From Gaiellaceae bacterium (lineage in GTDB: Bacteria; Actinomycetota; Thermoleophilia; Gaiellales; Gaiellaceae), in contig DASYPH010000229.1 in assembly GCA_036006925.1 (NCBI GenBank), positions 1 through 44,757 of the forward strand: 44,757 bases of DNA, in the 5' to 3' direction. Below are positions 1 to 10,587 of the stretch, one piece after another. Below the pieces are notes generated by a model. The model saw only the letters and a program-made list of their open reading frames with translations, had not been told where the DNA came from and ran no database searches. Position numbers and translations under genes: made by a program. Every line of letters begins with the position of its first letter. Within the stretch, counting starts at the first letter, position 1.

Positions 1-402
<402 letters not shown>

Positions 403-745
403 GAATGGTTGCCGACGATCGTGCTGCCGGCAGTCCTTTCACTTCGAGCTTGTGTTCTCCGAAGAGAACAGTGCTCAAAGGTCGGTCCCGAAGGACCGAC
501 GAGGTTGATAACTGTTCCTCCCCCCTCTGAAAGCAGGGTCGGTCCAGGTCTCGACGTATCGAAGAACGTTCGCTGTTGAGTTTTCAAAGACCGGTGCCGC
601 GTCTACCTGACCGCGTAAAAAAGCCTCCGACTCGCGCCAGAGGCCTCCAAGGAAACGAATCGTATCGGCTACGAGTCGGGCCGGGGAGGCTCCTAGGTCG
701 AGGGTTCAGGGACGTTCCTACGCTGTCCTCTCGGACGGCCGAAGA

Positions 746-773
746 AGTATAGCGGGTGCACCAAGGGTGTCAA
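746..773 (-). promoter_or_regulatory. Candidate rRNA operon promoter (TTGACA-16 nt-TATACT on minus strand)
   Basis: The minus strand reads TTGACA (773..768), a 16-nt spacer, then TATACT (751..746). It lies ~340 nt upstream of the 16S 5' end and 5 nt after the tyrS stop. Region 403-745 would be the rRNA leader. Confidence 0.55.
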
Positions 774-778
774 CGGAT

Positions 779-1921
779 CTACCCGGACAGCCGCGCGAAA
801 CGGCGCTTCCCGACCTGCAGCAGCGCCCCCGCGAGCACCGAGCGCGGCACGTCGAGCCCGGGCGGCGGTGCGCCGTCGAGCTTGACGCCGCCCTGCTCGA
901 TCAGGCGCCGTGCCTCCGACGTCGACGCGACGCCGAGTTGCGCGACGAGCAGCGCCGGCAGATGCACCGGGTCGCCCGCCGGCAAGGCGATAGCGGGCAC
1001 ATCCACCGGCGCCTCCCCGTGCCGGACAACGCGCGTGAAGTGCTCCTCCCCTGCCTGCGCACCCGCCTCGCCGTGCCAGCGCAAGGTGATCCGGCGCGCC
1101 AGCGCGAGCTTCCAGGACATCGGGTCGTCAGGATGCTCGCCGCCCGCGAGCATCTCCCACCACTGGGGCAGCGCGGCGTCGGGGATCGACATCGTCTTGC
1201 CGAACATCTCCTCGGGCGCCTCGGTGATGCCGATGTAGTTGTCCCGCGACTTCGACATCTTCAGCTCGCCGTCCGTGCCGACGAGGAGCGGGAAGGTGAT
1301 CACGACCTGCGGCTCCAACCCGTACTGCGGCATCACGTCTCGCCCGGCGAGCAGGTTGAACCGCTGGTCCGTGCCGCCGATCTCGATGTCGGCCTCGATC
1401 GCGACCGAGTCGTAGGCCTGCATCACCGGGTAGAGCAGCTCGGAGAGCGAGATCGGGACGTGCTCGGCGAAGCGATTCGCGAAATCGTCGCGCTCGAGCA
1501 GCCGCGCGACGGTCATCGTGCGGGCGAGCCTCACGGTGTCGGCGTAGGAGAGCCTTCCCAGCCACTCGCCGTTGAGGCGCACCTCGGTGAGCTCCCGGTC
1601 GAGGATTCGGAACGCCTGCTCGGCGAAGAACTGCGCATTGGCGTCGAGTTCCTCGTCCGGCAGCACGGGCCGCTCCTTGGAGCGCCCGGAGGGGTCCCCG
1701 ATGCGAGCAGTGTAATCGCCGACGATCAGCACGATCGTGTGCCCCGCATGCTGGAACTCGGCCAGACGGTCGAGGACGTAGGCGAACCCGAGGTGGACGT
1801 CGGGCGAAGTCGGATCGACCCCCAGCTTCACTCGCAGGGGGCGACCGAGCTTCAGCTTCTGCTCGAGACCGCCCTGCGGGAGGACGTCGACGGCGTGCCC
1901 GGTGAGCGCTTCGACGGTCAC
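779..1921 (-). CDS. tyrS: Tyrosyl-tRNA synthetase
   Basis: 380-aa ORF with a class I aaRS HIGH-like motif (PDVHLGF), KMSKS (ELKMSKS) and a C-terminal S4-like domain. GTG start. Confidence 0.95.
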   Translation of the reverse strand: MTVEALTGHAVDVLPQGGLEQKLKLGRPLRVKLGVDPTSPDVHLGFAYVLDRLAEFQHAGHTIVLIVGDYTARIGDPSGRSKERPVLPDEELDANAQFFAEQAFRILDRELTEVRLNGEWLGRLSYADTVRLARTMTVARLLERDDFANRFAEHVPISLSELLYPVMQAYDSVAIEADIEIGGTDQRFNLLAGRDVMPQYGLEPQVVITFPLLVGTDGELKMSKSRDNYIGITEAPEEMFGKTMSIPDAALPQWWEMLAGGEHPDDPMSWKLALARRITLRWHGEAGAQAGEEHFTRVVRHGEAPVDVPAIALPAGDPVHLPALLVAQLGVASTSEARRLIEQGGVKLDGAPPPGLDVPRSVLAGALLQVGKRRFARLSG

Positions 1922-2019
1922 AGCCGGGCTAGACTACCCCGGTTCTGGCGCTCTTTCGGAGAAACACACGCCGGCCCCGCCGTCGGCGGATCCGCAAGCT
2001 CAGACTACTCGCCCTCCTT

Positions 2020-4386
2020 GTGATCCTCGGGCTTCTGGGCACGGCATCGTTCACCGTCGGTCTGCTGACCGCGGTCGCTGCCAAGATCCCGCAACTCGAC
2101 CCGGCACGCCAGAAGCAGCAGGCGAACAGCTATGTGTACGCGTCGAACGGGTACACCGTGCTCTCGATCCTTCGCGGAGAGCAGGCGCGAATCCTCGTGC
2201 CGTCCGGAGGGATCTCGCCGTGGATGAAGCACGCGATCGTCGCCGCTGAGGACAAGCGCTTCTACGAGCATCGTGGCGTCGACCTGCGCGGCATGGCACG
2301 TGCCCTCTACGCGGACATCTCGCACCGCGGCACCGTCCAGGGCGGCTCGACGATCACGCAGCAGTTCGTCAAGAACGCCTACCTGACGAGCCAGAAATCG
2401 GTCGGACGCAAGCTGTTCGAGGCGGCACTCGCCTGGCAGCTCGAGCAGCGCTGGACGAAGGACCGGATCCTGACCGCCTACTTGAACACGGTCTACTTCG
2501 GCAACGGCGCCTACGGGGTCGAACAGGCCTCGCGGATCTACTTCCACCACAAGGCACGCACGCTCAACCCCGCGGAGTCGGCTCTCCTCGCCGCGATCCC
2601 CGAGGATCCGAGCTCGTGGGACCCGGTCGCCCACCCGCAGGCCGCGCACGACCGTCGCGACCTCGTGCTGCGGCTCCTGCTCGCACAGGGGTACCTCACG
2701 CAGAGCCAGTTCGACAAGTGGAACGCGTATCCGATGCCGAACCCGAAGGACGTGTCGCTGCCCTCGACGCAGGGCGTTGCGGCGCCGTACTTCGCGAACT
2801 ACGTGAAGGAGCAGCTCGTCAACCACTACGGGCCTGCGCGGACCTTCGGCGGCGGCCTCAAGGTGACGACGACGCTCAACGTCGGCATGCAGAAGATGGC
2901 CCGCGACGCGATCGCCTCGGTCCTCCCGCAGAACGGAACGGGGCCGACCGCAGCGGTCGTGGTGCTCGACGCGCACACCGGCTCTGTGCTCGCGATGGTC
3001 GGCGGCGAGAACTACCACCGCAACCAGTTCAACCTGGCAACGCAGGGCGAACGTCAGCCGGGCTCGTCGTTCAAGCCCTTTGTGCTCGCGACCGCACTGC
3101 GCCAGAACGTCGCGCCGTCGTCGGTCCTCAACTCGGCGCCGGTGACGATCAACGCGGACGGTCGCCTCTGGAAGGTCAACAATTACGAAGGCGAGTACCT
3201 CGGTCGGATCGACCTGACGCACGCGATCGCATACTCCGACAACTCCGTCTTCTCACAGCTGACCGCGCTCGTCGGCCCGCGCAACGTCCGCGACACCGCT
3301 CGTGCGCTCGGGATCACGACGAAGCTGAACGGCTACTTCGCGATCGGGCTGGGCGCCGAGCCGGCGACGCCGCTCGAGATGGCGCGCGCCTACGCGAGCT
3401 TCGCCGACGGCGGCTTCCGCGTGGACGGATCGGTCTTCGGCAACCAGCCGCGCGCGATCACGAAGATCCAGGACTCGAAGGGCCACGTCACCCCCAACGG
3501 CGTCGTGGCCCACCAGGTTCTGACCCCGACACAGGCCGAGACGGTGAATCAGCTCCTGCAGGGTGTCGTCCAGTACGGCACCGGCAAGGCCGCGCAGCTG
3601 CCCGGGCGGCAGGTGGCGGGCAAGACCGGGACGACCGAGAACTACGGCGACGCGTGGTTCGTCGGCTACACGCCCCAGTACGTGGTCGCCGTCTGGGTCG
3701 GCTACCCAGACCGGCTCGTCCCGATGACCACCGAGTTCCACGGCAAGCCGGTCGCCGGCGGCACGTTTCCGGCTTTGATCTGGAAAGCCTTGATGCAGAA
3801 GGCGCTCGCGAAGCAGCCGCCCGAGACGTTCACGCCACCGGCCTACGGCTACGCCGCGCCTGTCACGGTGGTCAACCGCGGTGGTCAGCTCGAGCGCGAC
3901 GACGGTGTCTGCCGCAACACCACGCAGCTCGAGTTCTTCGGCGGTGAAGTGCTCAACAACGGCGGCAATCCGGCGCACGTCGCCACCTGCAAGGCGAACG
4001 AGGTGGAGATCCCGGACACCGTCGGGATGTCGCTCGCGAGCGCACGGTCACGGCTGCAGGGCCAGCCGTTGACGGCACAGGTCGTCTACAAGCCAGCCCG
4101 CACCGGTCAGCCGCTCGGCGTCGTCGTCGGGCAGCTCCCACGGAAAGGCACCGCTTCGGCGGGCGATCAGATCACGATCGTCCTGCCGAAGTCGCTGCAC
4201 GGGGTCGTCCCGAATCTCGTCGGCCTGCCGCTTCAGCGAGCCGAGGCGAAGCTCGCGCGTCTCAAGCTCCTGGTCTCGACCACCGGCGCCACCCGCGGCA
4301 AGGTCGTCAAGCAGTCACTGCGCGCGCATACCGCGTCGCAGCCCGGCGAGCACATCGTGCTCACCGTCCGGGGAACGGGCGGCTGA
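2020..4386 (+). CDS. Class A penicillin-binding protein (transglycosylase/transpeptidase) with two C-terminal PASTA domains
   Basis: GT51 motif [12 protein letters not shown]. Transpeptidase motifs SSFKP (SxxK), YSDN (SxN) and KTGT. Two PASTA-like repeats occupy the last ~140 aa. The in-frame sequence [15 protein letters not shown] upstream of the GTG at 2020 suggests the true start is earlier (see findings). Confidence 0.93.
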   Translation: MILGLLGTASFTVGLLTAVAAKIPQLDPARQKQQANSYVYASNGYTVLSILRGEQARILVPSGGISPWMKHAIVAAEDKRFYEHRGVDLRGMARALYADISHRGTVQGGSTITQQFVKNAYLTSQKSVGRKLFEAALAWQLEQRWTKDRILTAYLNTVYFGNGAYGVEQASRIYFHHKARTLNPAESALLAAIPEDPSSWDPVAHPQAAHDRRDLVLRLLLAQGYLTQSQFDKWNAYPMPNPKDVSLPSTQGVAAPYFANYVKEQLVNHYGPARTFGGGLKVTTTLNVGMQKMARDAIASVLPQNGTGPTAAVVVLDAHTGSVLAMVGGENYHRNQFNLATQGERQPGSSFKPFVLATALRQNVAPSSVLNSAPVTINADGRLWKVNNYEGEYLGRIDLTHAIAYSDNSVFSQLTALVGPRNVRDTARALGITTKLNGYFAIGLGAEPATPLEMARAYASFADGGFRVDGSVFGNQPRAITKIQDSKGHVTPNGVVAHQVLTPTQAETVNQLLQGVVQYGTGKAAQLPGRQVAGKTGTTENYGDAWFVGYTPQYVVAVWVGYPDRLVPMTTEFHGKPVAGGTFPALIWKALMQKALAKQPPETFTPPAYGYAAPVTVVNRGGQLERDDGVCRNTTQLEFFGGEVLNNGGNPAHVATCKANEVEIPDTVGMSLASARSRLQGQPLTAQVVYKPARTGQPLGVVVGQLPRKGTASAGDQITIVLPKSLHGVVPNLVGLPLQRAEAKLARLKLLVSTTGATRGKVVKQSLRAHTASQPGEHIVLTVRGTGG

Positions 4387-4915
4387 CGAAGCGCGAGCCC
4401 GCCAGGCCGTAGCGCCACGGTCGACCTGCGGCCTTCGTGATCCCGATCCGCGTGCCGGTCACGACCTCCACCGGCGCACGCCGCCCGTGCAGCGAGAACG
4501 GCGCTCGATCCAGACGCAGCCCGTCGTGCTCGCGGGTCACCCCGAGCGCCTGACAGAGCCGGCCCGGCCCGCTGCAGAGCAGACGCTGATCGCCGAGGCC
4601 GCGCCGGGTCGCCATCACGTCGAGCCCCTTGGTCGGTTCGAGGGCGCGGATCAGCACGGCACCGGCGACGCCCTCCTCACAGCAGACGACGTTGAGGCAC
4701 CAGTGCACGCCGTACGAGCGGTAGACGTACGCATGGCCGCCGGAGAGGAACATTGACGCGTTGCGCGGGGTACGCCTGTTTCGGTAGCCGTGCCCGGCCG
4801 GGTCCTCGTGGTCGTAGGCCTCGACCTCGACGATCACGCCGCCGACACCGTCGACGAGCAACTCGGCGCCGATCAGCTCCGGCGCGATCTCGTGTGGGCT
4901 ACGTCTGAGGTTCAT
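4361..4915 (-). CDS. mpg: DNA-3-methyladenine glycosylase (Mpg/AAG family)
   Basis: 184 aa. EAYxxxDPAxHxxxxRTxRNxxMFxxxGxxYVYxxYGxHxCxN pattern typical of the Mpg family. Its 3' end overlaps the PBP 3' end convergently by 26 nt. Confidence 0.9.
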   Translation of the reverse strand: MNLRRSPHEIAPELIGAELLVDGVGGVIVEVEAYDHEDPAGHGYRNRRTPRNASMFLSGGHAYVYRSYGVHWCLNVVCCEEGVAGAVLIRALEPTKGLDVMATRRGLGDQRLLCSGPGRLCQALGVTREHDGLRLDRAPFSLHGRRAPVEVVTGTRIGITKAAGRPWRYGLAGSRFVSRPFPGR

Positions 4916-6143
4916 GGCTGTCGTACTTGAGGAATCCCGGCAACGCGAGCGCCGCCGCGATGCAGGCGACCACGCAGAACAGGCCGCCCGAGACGATCGA
5001 GAAGCGTAGTGACGTGAGCGAGGCGAGCACCCCGGCTTCCAGGTCGCCGAGGTTCGGCGCGCTGGCCACCTGGGCGAACTCGATCCCGGACAGCCGCCCC
5101 CGCAGGTGGTCGGGTGTCGCGCGCAACAACATCGTGCTCCGCAGCACGGCGCTGAAGAAGTCGGCCCCTCCGGCGACGGCCAGCAGGACCAGCGCCGGCC
5201 ACAGCGAGGTCATGAACCCGAAGGCGGCGATCGCCGCTCCCCATGTGCACGCAGCGATCGTCACCGCCACACCCTGCCGCCGCACGTGCGTCGTCCAGCC
5301 GGAGGCAAGCGAGCAGACGAGGGCGCCCGCGTAGGGAGCGGAGTACAGGAACCCCACCGTGGCCGCGTTGCCACCGAGGCTGTGCAGCGCGAGGGCGGGA
5401 AACAGCGCCGTCGGCATGCCGAAAACCATCGCAGCGGTGTCGACGGCGAAGATTCCGAGCAGCGCCTGGCGACCGCCCAGGAAGCGGAAGCCGTCGAGGA
5501 TCGAGCTCAGGCTCGGGCGGTCGACCTCGCCGACCGGTTGCAGCTTCGGCAGCAGCCAGATGACGACGAACGACGCCACGTAGGTGACGAGGTCGATGGC
5601 GTAGGTCCACGGCACGCCGGCCGCGGCGATCAGCAGCCCACCGACCGCCGGTCCACCGACCGCCGCGAGCGAGTTGTAGACGCTCGACAGCGCCGAGGCG
5701 GCGGCGATCTGGTCGTCCGGCACGAGGCGCGGCGTCAGCGAGCTCAGCGCGGGCCTCCCGAGGCTGAAGATCGCGACCGCGAGGCCCTGCAGGACGAACA
5801 ACAACCACACACGCGGGTGCGCCAGCAGCGAGTTGCCGAGAAACAACGCTGCGACGAACGCCATACCGGTCTCGGTCCGCAGCAGGACGGTGCGCCGGTC
5901 GAGCGCGTCGGCGATCGCGCCGCCGATCAGCGGGACCACGAGCAGCGGGATCAGCGAGGCGAGCCCGAGCAGCCCGACCAGCGCGGTCGAGTGCGTGAGC
6001 GTGTAGACCTGGTAGGGGACCGCGACGACCCCGATCTCGGCGCCGATCGTCGAGACCGCCTGGCCGAGCCACAGGTTGCGAAAGTCGCGCTGGCGAAACG
6101 GTCGCGTGTCGACGCGCAAGCGCCGGAACAGCTCGCCGAGCAA
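4899..6143 (-). CDS. MFS transporter (MFS_3/EntS-like family)
   Basis: 414 aa, about 12 predicted hydrophobic helices. N-terminal FRxLWLGQxxSxxG motif typical of this MFS subfamily. Overlaps the mpg start by 17 nt. Confidence 0.85.
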   Translation of the reverse strand: MLGELFRRLRVDTRPFRQRDFRNLWLGQAVSTIGAEIGVVAVPYQVYTLTHSTALVGLLGLASLIPLLVVPLIGGAIADALDRRTVLLRTETGMAFVAALFLGNSLLAHPRVWLLFVLQGLAVAIFSLGRPALSSLTPRLVPDDQIAAASALSSVYNSLAAVGGPAVGGLLIAAAGVPWTYAIDLVTYVASFVVIWLLPKLQPVGEVDRPSLSSILDGFRFLGGRQALLGIFAVDTAAMVFGMPTALFPALALHSLGGNAATVGFLYSAPYAGALVCSLASGWTTHVRRQGVAVTIAACTWGAAIAAFGFMTSLWPALVLLAVAGGADFFSAVLRSTMLLRATPDHLRGRLSGIEFAQVASAPNLGDLEAGVLASLTSLRFSIVSGGLFCVVACIAAALALPGFLKYDSHEPQT

Positions 6144-6383
6144 CTAGAAGAGGTTCTCGTCCTGCGGCGCGGGTCGCGGCCGGGCCGGGACGGCGCCCAT
6201 CGCAGCGAGAATCGCGCGCTCGGTGCGCGAGGCGATCAACGGCTCGGGGATGCCCTCGACCCACACCCGTGTGCGGGACCCGGAGCCCCGCTCGTCGTCC
6301 GCCAGCGGCTCAACGGCGTAGATGCGATCCGAACGGACGTACTTGCCGAAGCCGAGGAAGACCATCTGCGGGGCATCTGCCAT
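6144..6383 (-). CDS. Small conserved-looking protein, weak RemA/DUF370-like resemblance
   Basis: 79 aa. The LGFGKYVxxxRIxAV ... RTRVWV ... SxxTxxAI pattern loosely resembles the DUF370 GFG...R(T)R motifs. Its stop abuts the MFS start codon. Family call is tentative. Confidence 0.45.
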   Translation of the reverse strand: MADAPQMVFLGFGKYVRSDRIYAVEPLADDERGSGSRTRVWVEGIPEPLIASRTERAILAAMGAVPARPRPAPQDENLF

Positions 6384-6402
6384 GCCTCAGCCTAGAAACT
6401 CG

Positions 6403-6432
6403 CGAACCTGGTTCGCAAGCGAACCAGGTTCG
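6403..6432 (-). terminator. Hairpin CGAACCTGGTTCG-caag-CGAACCAGGTTCG downstream of the DegT-family gene
   Basis: 13-bp perfect arms with a 4-nt loop, 22 nt after the stop at 6455. On the minus strand it is followed by cgaGTTTCT. Confidence 0.5.
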
Positions 6433-6454
6433 AGGTGTGTTTGAGTCTCCGCGC

Positions 6455-7570
6455 TCAGCCGAGCGCGGACCGCAGGGCCTCGACGACGCGCTCCTGATCG
6501 GAGCGATCGAGTCGCGCATGGAAGGGCAGCGCCATCGTGCGCGCGCTGCAGTCCTCGCTGACCGGCAGCATCCCCTCGGAGAAGCCATACCGCTCGCGCA
6601 TGTACGACTGGAGGTGGATCGACGGGAGGTACGGCGCCGTCGCGATCCCCTCGGCCGACAGTCGCGCCATCACCGAGTCGCGATCGACGCCGGCCGGCAG
6701 CTTGACGACGTAGACGAACCACGAGCGCTCGTGGTCGGCATCGTCCGCAAGCGGTGCGTCGACCTCGACGTCGGCGAGCAGCTGGTCGTAGATCGCGGCG
6801 ACACCACGCCGCGCGGCAAGAATTCGATCGAGCTTCTCGAGCTGACCGATGCCGAGCGCCGCCGAGAGATCGTCGAGCCGGTAGTTGTAACCAAGGCGTC
6901 CGTGCTGCAGCCAGCTCGACGTCTCGAGCCGCCCCTGGTTCCGCAGCGAGACGAGTAGCTCGTGCTGAGCCGCCGAGCCCGTCGTCACGGCCCCGCCCTC
7001 ACCGGTGGTCATCTGCTTGTTCGGGTAGAACGCCCAGACGGCGGGATGGCCGTGCGAGCCGAGCGGGCGCCCCTTGTAGCGCGCGCCGAGCGCCTCACAG
7101 GAGTCTTCGATCATTGCCAGGCCGTGCCGGTCGCAGATCGCCAGCAACTCGTCGTACTCGGCCGGGTAGCCGAAGATGTCGACCGCGACGATCGCCTTCG
7201 TCCGCGGGGTGATCGCCGCCTCGACGGCCGACGGGTCCAGGTTGAACGTGTGCGGGTCGATGTCGGCGAAGACCGGAGTCGCACCCTCGTAGATCGCGCA
7301 GTTCGCCGACGCGACGAACGAGTACGGCGACGTGATCACCTCGTCGCCGGGGCCGACGCCGACGAGCCGCATACACAGATGCAACCCGGCCGTCCCGGAC
7401 GAGACCGCCGCGGCGTGCGGCGCCCCGACCGCGTCCGCGAGGAGCGATTCGAAGCGCGGCCCAGTCGGCCCGAGCGAGAGCCAGCCCGAACGCAGGACCT
7501 CGAGCACGAGCTCCTCGTCGCGCTCGTCGATCCACGGCGCGCTCAAGTTGATCCGGGTGGTCGTGCTCAT
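6455..7570 (-). CDS. DegT/DnrJ/EryC1/StrS-family PLP-dependent aminotransferase
   Basis: 371 aa. N-terminus LSxPxIxxxxxxxVxxVLxSGWLSLGP and the overall pattern are typical of sugar aminotransferases. Confidence 0.9.
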   Translation of the reverse strand: MSTTTRINLSAPWIDERDEELVLEVLRSGWLSLGPTGPRFESLLADAVGAPHAAAVSSGTAGLHLCMRLVGVGPGDEVITSPYSFVASANCAIYEGATPVFADIDPHTFNLDPSAVEAAITPRTKAIVAVDIFGYPAEYDELLAICDRHGLAMIEDSCEALGARYKGRPLGSHGHPAVWAFYPNKQMTTGEGGAVTTGSAAQHELLVSLRNQGRLETSSWLQHGRLGYNYRLDDLSAALGIGQLEKLDRILAARRGVAAIYDQLLADVEVDAPLADDADHERSWFVYVVKLPAGVDRDSVMARLSAEGIATAPYLPSIHLQSYMRERYGFSEGMLPVSEDCSARTMALPFHARLDRSDQERVVEALRSALG

Positions 7571-7594
7571 GTCAGGGCCGCCACGCGTCCAGTG

Positions 7595-8518
7595 TCAGCT
7601 GCGCGCGAGCTGTGGCACCGGATCGAGCCAGTGCGACCACTGCTCACGTTCGCCGCGCACCGTCCCCAGGTACGCCTGCTGCACGGCCTGGGTGATCGGC
7701 CCGACGCCGAGCTCGTGGTCGTCGACCGACCGCAGCGGCGTCACCTCGGCAGCGGTGCCGCACATGAACACCTCGTCGGCGAGATACAGGTCGGAGCGGA
7801 TCAGCGCCTTCTCGATCACCGTGTACCCGAGGTCCTGCGCGATCTGGGTCACCGAGTCGCGCGTGATGCCCGGCAGGATCCCGGTCGCGAGGTCGGGTGT
7901 GTAGATGACGCCGTCGCGGACGATGAAGATGTTCTCGCCGGAGCCGTCTGCGACGGTGCCCTCGGCGGTGAGCAGGATCGCCTCGTCGTACCCCGCGTTG
8001 TTCGCCTCGGTGACGGCGAGCATCGAGTTCAGGTAGACGCCGGTCGCCTTCGAGACATGCGGCACGACGTTCGGCGAGACACGCTGCCAGGAGGAGATCT
8101 TGGCGCGGATGCCGGTCTGCTGGCTCTCCTCGCCGAGATACGGCGCCCACGGCCAGCTCATGATCGCGACCTCGACAGGGTTGCCGCGCGCTGCTACCCC
8201 GAGCTCGCCGTAGCCGTAGAACGCGATCGGGCGCAGGTAACACTCCGGCAGGCCGTTGGCCCCGATCACCTCGTTGCAGGCGGCGCCGAGCTCGTCGACG
8301 GTGTACGGGAGCTGCATGTAGAGGAGGCGCGCCGAGTTCTGCAAACGCTGCATGTGGTCACCGAGGCGGAAGACAGCCGGGCCTTTTGGCGTGTCGTAGC
8401 AGCGGATGCCCTCGAACACGCCCGACCCGTAGTGCAGACCGTGAACACCGACATGGACCTTGGCGTCGGCCCAGTCGACGAGCTCGCCGTTCATCCAGAT
8501 CTTCTCGGTCTCCTGCAC
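7595..8518 (-). CDS. ilvE: Branched-chain amino acid aminotransferase
   Basis: 307 aa. IWMNGELV ... HGLHYGSGVFEGIRCY ... fold-type IV aminotransferase signature. Confidence 0.93.
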   Translation of the reverse strand: MQETEKIWMNGELVDWADAKVHVGVHGLHYGSGVFEGIRCYDTPKGPAVFRLGDHMQRLQNSARLLYMQLPYTVDELGAACNEVIGANGLPECYLRPIAFYGYGELGVAARGNPVEVAIMSWPWAPYLGEESQQTGIRAKISSWQRVSPNVVPHVSKATGVYLNSMLAVTEANNAGYDEAILLTAEGTVADGSGENIFIVRDGVIYTPDLATGILPGITRDSVTQIAQDLGYTVIEKALIRSDLYLADEVFMCGTAAEVTPLRSVDDHELGVGPITQAVQQAYLGTVRGEREQWSHWLDPVPQLARS

Positions 8519-8548
8519 CTACGCTCCTTCCCCCGGGGAGAGCGAAGT

Positions 8549-9031
8549 CTAGCTCGCGGACACGATGTCAACGACGCTCGCGCCGGCGAGGCGCTGCAGT
8601 TCGATCGGCGGCAGCGAGGCCATGTGCGAAGGGCTGCCCGCCCCGATCCAGACGACGGCATGGCCGAGCAGGCCGCGGTCCATCAATGTCCTCGTGATCG
8701 CGCGTTGCGGGAACGGCGCAACGCCACCGGGCTCGAAGCCGGTGGCGTGAACGACCTCGTCCGCGGTCGCGACACGAACGTGCTCGGCTTCCAGGGTGGC
8801 TGCGATCGCGTCCTCGTCCGCCCGACGGTCGCCGGGGACGAGGGCGAGCACGTACGCGCCGTCGCAGACGAGGACCAGGGACTTGACGATCTGTGCCAGC
8901 GCGCAGCCGGCGGCCTCCGCCGCCGCTCGGGCCGTCGGGGTCCCGCCCGCGAACTCCTCGACCCGCGAATCGACAGCCGCGACTCGCAGAACCTCCGCCA
9001 CCCGCTCGACCGGCTCGGGCCACGAGGTCAT
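8549..9031 (-). CDS. YbaK/EbsC-type aminoacyl-tRNA editing (deacylase) domain protein
   Basis: 160 aa. IVKSLVL lysine motif and the GFEPGGVAPF pattern of the YbaK/ProX family. ATGA overlap with the serA stop. Confidence 0.8.
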   Translation of the reverse strand: MTSWPEPVERVAEVLRVAAVDSRVEEFAGGTPTARAAAEAAGCALAQIVKSLVLVCDGAYVLALVPGDRRADEDAIAATLEAEHVRVATADEVVHATGFEPGGVAPFPQRAITRTLMDRGLLGHAVVWIGAGSPSHMASLPPIELQRLAGASVVDIVSAS

Positions 9032-10587
9032 GCCGGCGAGACGATCACGAACGCATCGTCGACGCCGCTCTGGAGTCGAGCGAGCAACTCGGGAGGGGCG
9101 GTCGAGTCGATCGTGAGCGCCATCAGCGCCTTGCCCCCCTCCCGGTTTCGGGAGACCGCCATGTTCGCGATGTTCACCCCCGCTTCGCCGAAGAGCGTGC
9201 CGACCCGACCGATCACGCCGGGCACGTCGTCGTAGCGGAGCAGGACGACCCGCGGCGCGAGCTCCATCTCCAGCTCGAAGCCGAGCGCGGAGACGAGCCA
9301 GTGACGGTCGTCGGTACCGATCGTCGTCCCGGCGACACGCGCGCCATCGGCGGTCACTGCGACGAGATTCGTGAAATCGCGTGACGACCGGCGCTTCTCC
9401 TCCACCACTTCGACGCCGCGGTCGGCGGCGACGACAGGAGCATTCACGTAGTTGACCGGCTGATCCGTCTGGCCCTGGAACGCTCCGTTCAGCGCAGCAA
9501 CCGTAAGCAGCCGGGTGTCGTACTCCGCGAGCTCGCCGTACACCTCGATCGAGAGCCGGCGGACGTCGGGCCCACCGATCGCCATCGCAAACCGACCGAG
9601 CTTCGCAGCCAGCGGGATGTACGGGCCGAGCACCTCGAGATCGTCGGCTCCGACCGTGGGAATGTTGACCGCATTCGTCACGAGGCCCCCCTCAAGGGCG
9701 GCAACGACCTGCTCGGCGACGATCAGTCCGGCGCGGTCCTGCGCTTCGTCCGTGGAAGCAGCGAGGTGTGGCGTGACGACGACGTTCGGCGCCTGCAGCA
9801 GCGGGCCGTCGTACGGCTCCGGCACGAAGACGTCGAGTGCAGCGCCTGCGACCTTGCCCGACTCGAGCGCAGCGACAAGGGCGGCGTCGTCGATGAGATC
9901 GCCGCGCGCGGCGTTGACGATCCGCACGCCGTCGCGCATCTTCGAGATCGCGGTCGTGTTGATCGCGGCACGCGTCTCGTCCGTCAGCGGCAGATGTAAG
10001 GTCAGGAACTCGGCCCTCGACAGGACCTCGTCGAGCGCCAGGCTCTCGACTCCCAGCTCCCGGAACCGCTCGGGCGGGACGAAAGGGTCGTACGCGACGA
10101 CGCGCATCTGCAAGCCGAGGGCGCGCCGCGCCACCTGCCGGCCGATGCGGCCGAACCCGAGCACGCCGAGCACCTTGTCCGCGAGCTCGACGCCGCCCCA
10201 CTTCGACCGCTCCCATCGCCCCGCGACGAGGGCCGCATGCGCCTGCGGGATGTTGCGTGCGAGCGCGACGAGCAGGCCGATCGTGTGCTCTGCCGCCGAG
10301 ACGACGTTCGACTCCGGCGCATTCGCGACGACGATGCCACGGCGGGTTGCCGCGTCCACGTCGACGTTGTCGACCCCCACCCCGGCCCGACCGATCACCT
10401 TCAGGCGGGTTGCGGCCGCAATCACCTCGGCGGTCACCGCCGTGGCGGAGCGGACGATCAGCGCGTCGTAGTTGCCGATCAGCTCCTCGAGCGGGGTTTC
10501 CGTGTCGACGTCGACGTCGAACCGCTCGCGGAGCAACTCGATGCCGGCGTCCGCGATCTGCTCCCGAACGAGGACTCTGGCGGTCAC
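9028..10587 (-). CDS. serA: D-3-phosphoglycerate dehydrogenase (long form with ASB and ACT domains)
   Basis: 519 aa. Rossmann motif GxGRIG (GFGRIGRQVA), the 2-hydroxyacid dehydrogenase catalytic region and a C-terminal ACT-like segment. Confidence 0.93.
   Translation of the reverse strand: MTARVLVREQIADAGIELLRERFDVDVDTETPLEELIGNYDALIVRSATAVTAEVIAAATRLKVIGRAGVGVDNVDVDAATRRGIVVANAPESNVVSAAEHTIGLLVALARNIPQAHAALVAGRWERSKWGGVELADKVLGVLGFGRIGRQVARRALGLQMRVVAYDPFVPPERFRELGVESLALDEVLSRAEFLTLHLPLTDETRAAINTTAISKMRDGVRIVNAARGDLIDDAALVAALESGKVAGAALDVFVPEPYDGPLLQAPNVVVTPHLAASTDEAQDRAGLIVAEQVVAALEGGLVTNAVNIPTVGADDLEVLGPYIPLAAKLGRFAMAIGGPDVRRLSIEVYGELAEYDTRLLTVAALNGAFQGQTDQPVNYVNAPVVAADRGVEVVEEKRRSSRDFTNLVAVTADGARVAGTTIGTDDRHWLVSALGFELEMELAPRVVLLRYDDVPGVIGRVGTLFGEAGVNIANMAVSRNREGGKALMALTIDSTAPPELLARLQSGVDDAFVIVSPA

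Noticed and set aside
767-2023. 418-aa plus-strand ORF
   Set aside because: It is entirely antisense to tyrS and its Arg/Pro/Gly-rich composition is typical of shadow ORFs in ~70% GC DNA. tyrS has clear motifs.
6403-6432. GAACCTGGTTC read as a second LexA box
   Set aside because: The spacer between GAAC and GTTC is 3 nt, not 4. Its position after a stop codon fits a terminator instead.
6962-9235. 757-aa plus-strand ORF spanning four genes
   Set aside because: It runs antisense across the DegT, ilvE, ybaK-like and serA genes. It has no motif and an Arg/Asp/Pro-rich low-complexity composition, so it is a GC-driven open frame.
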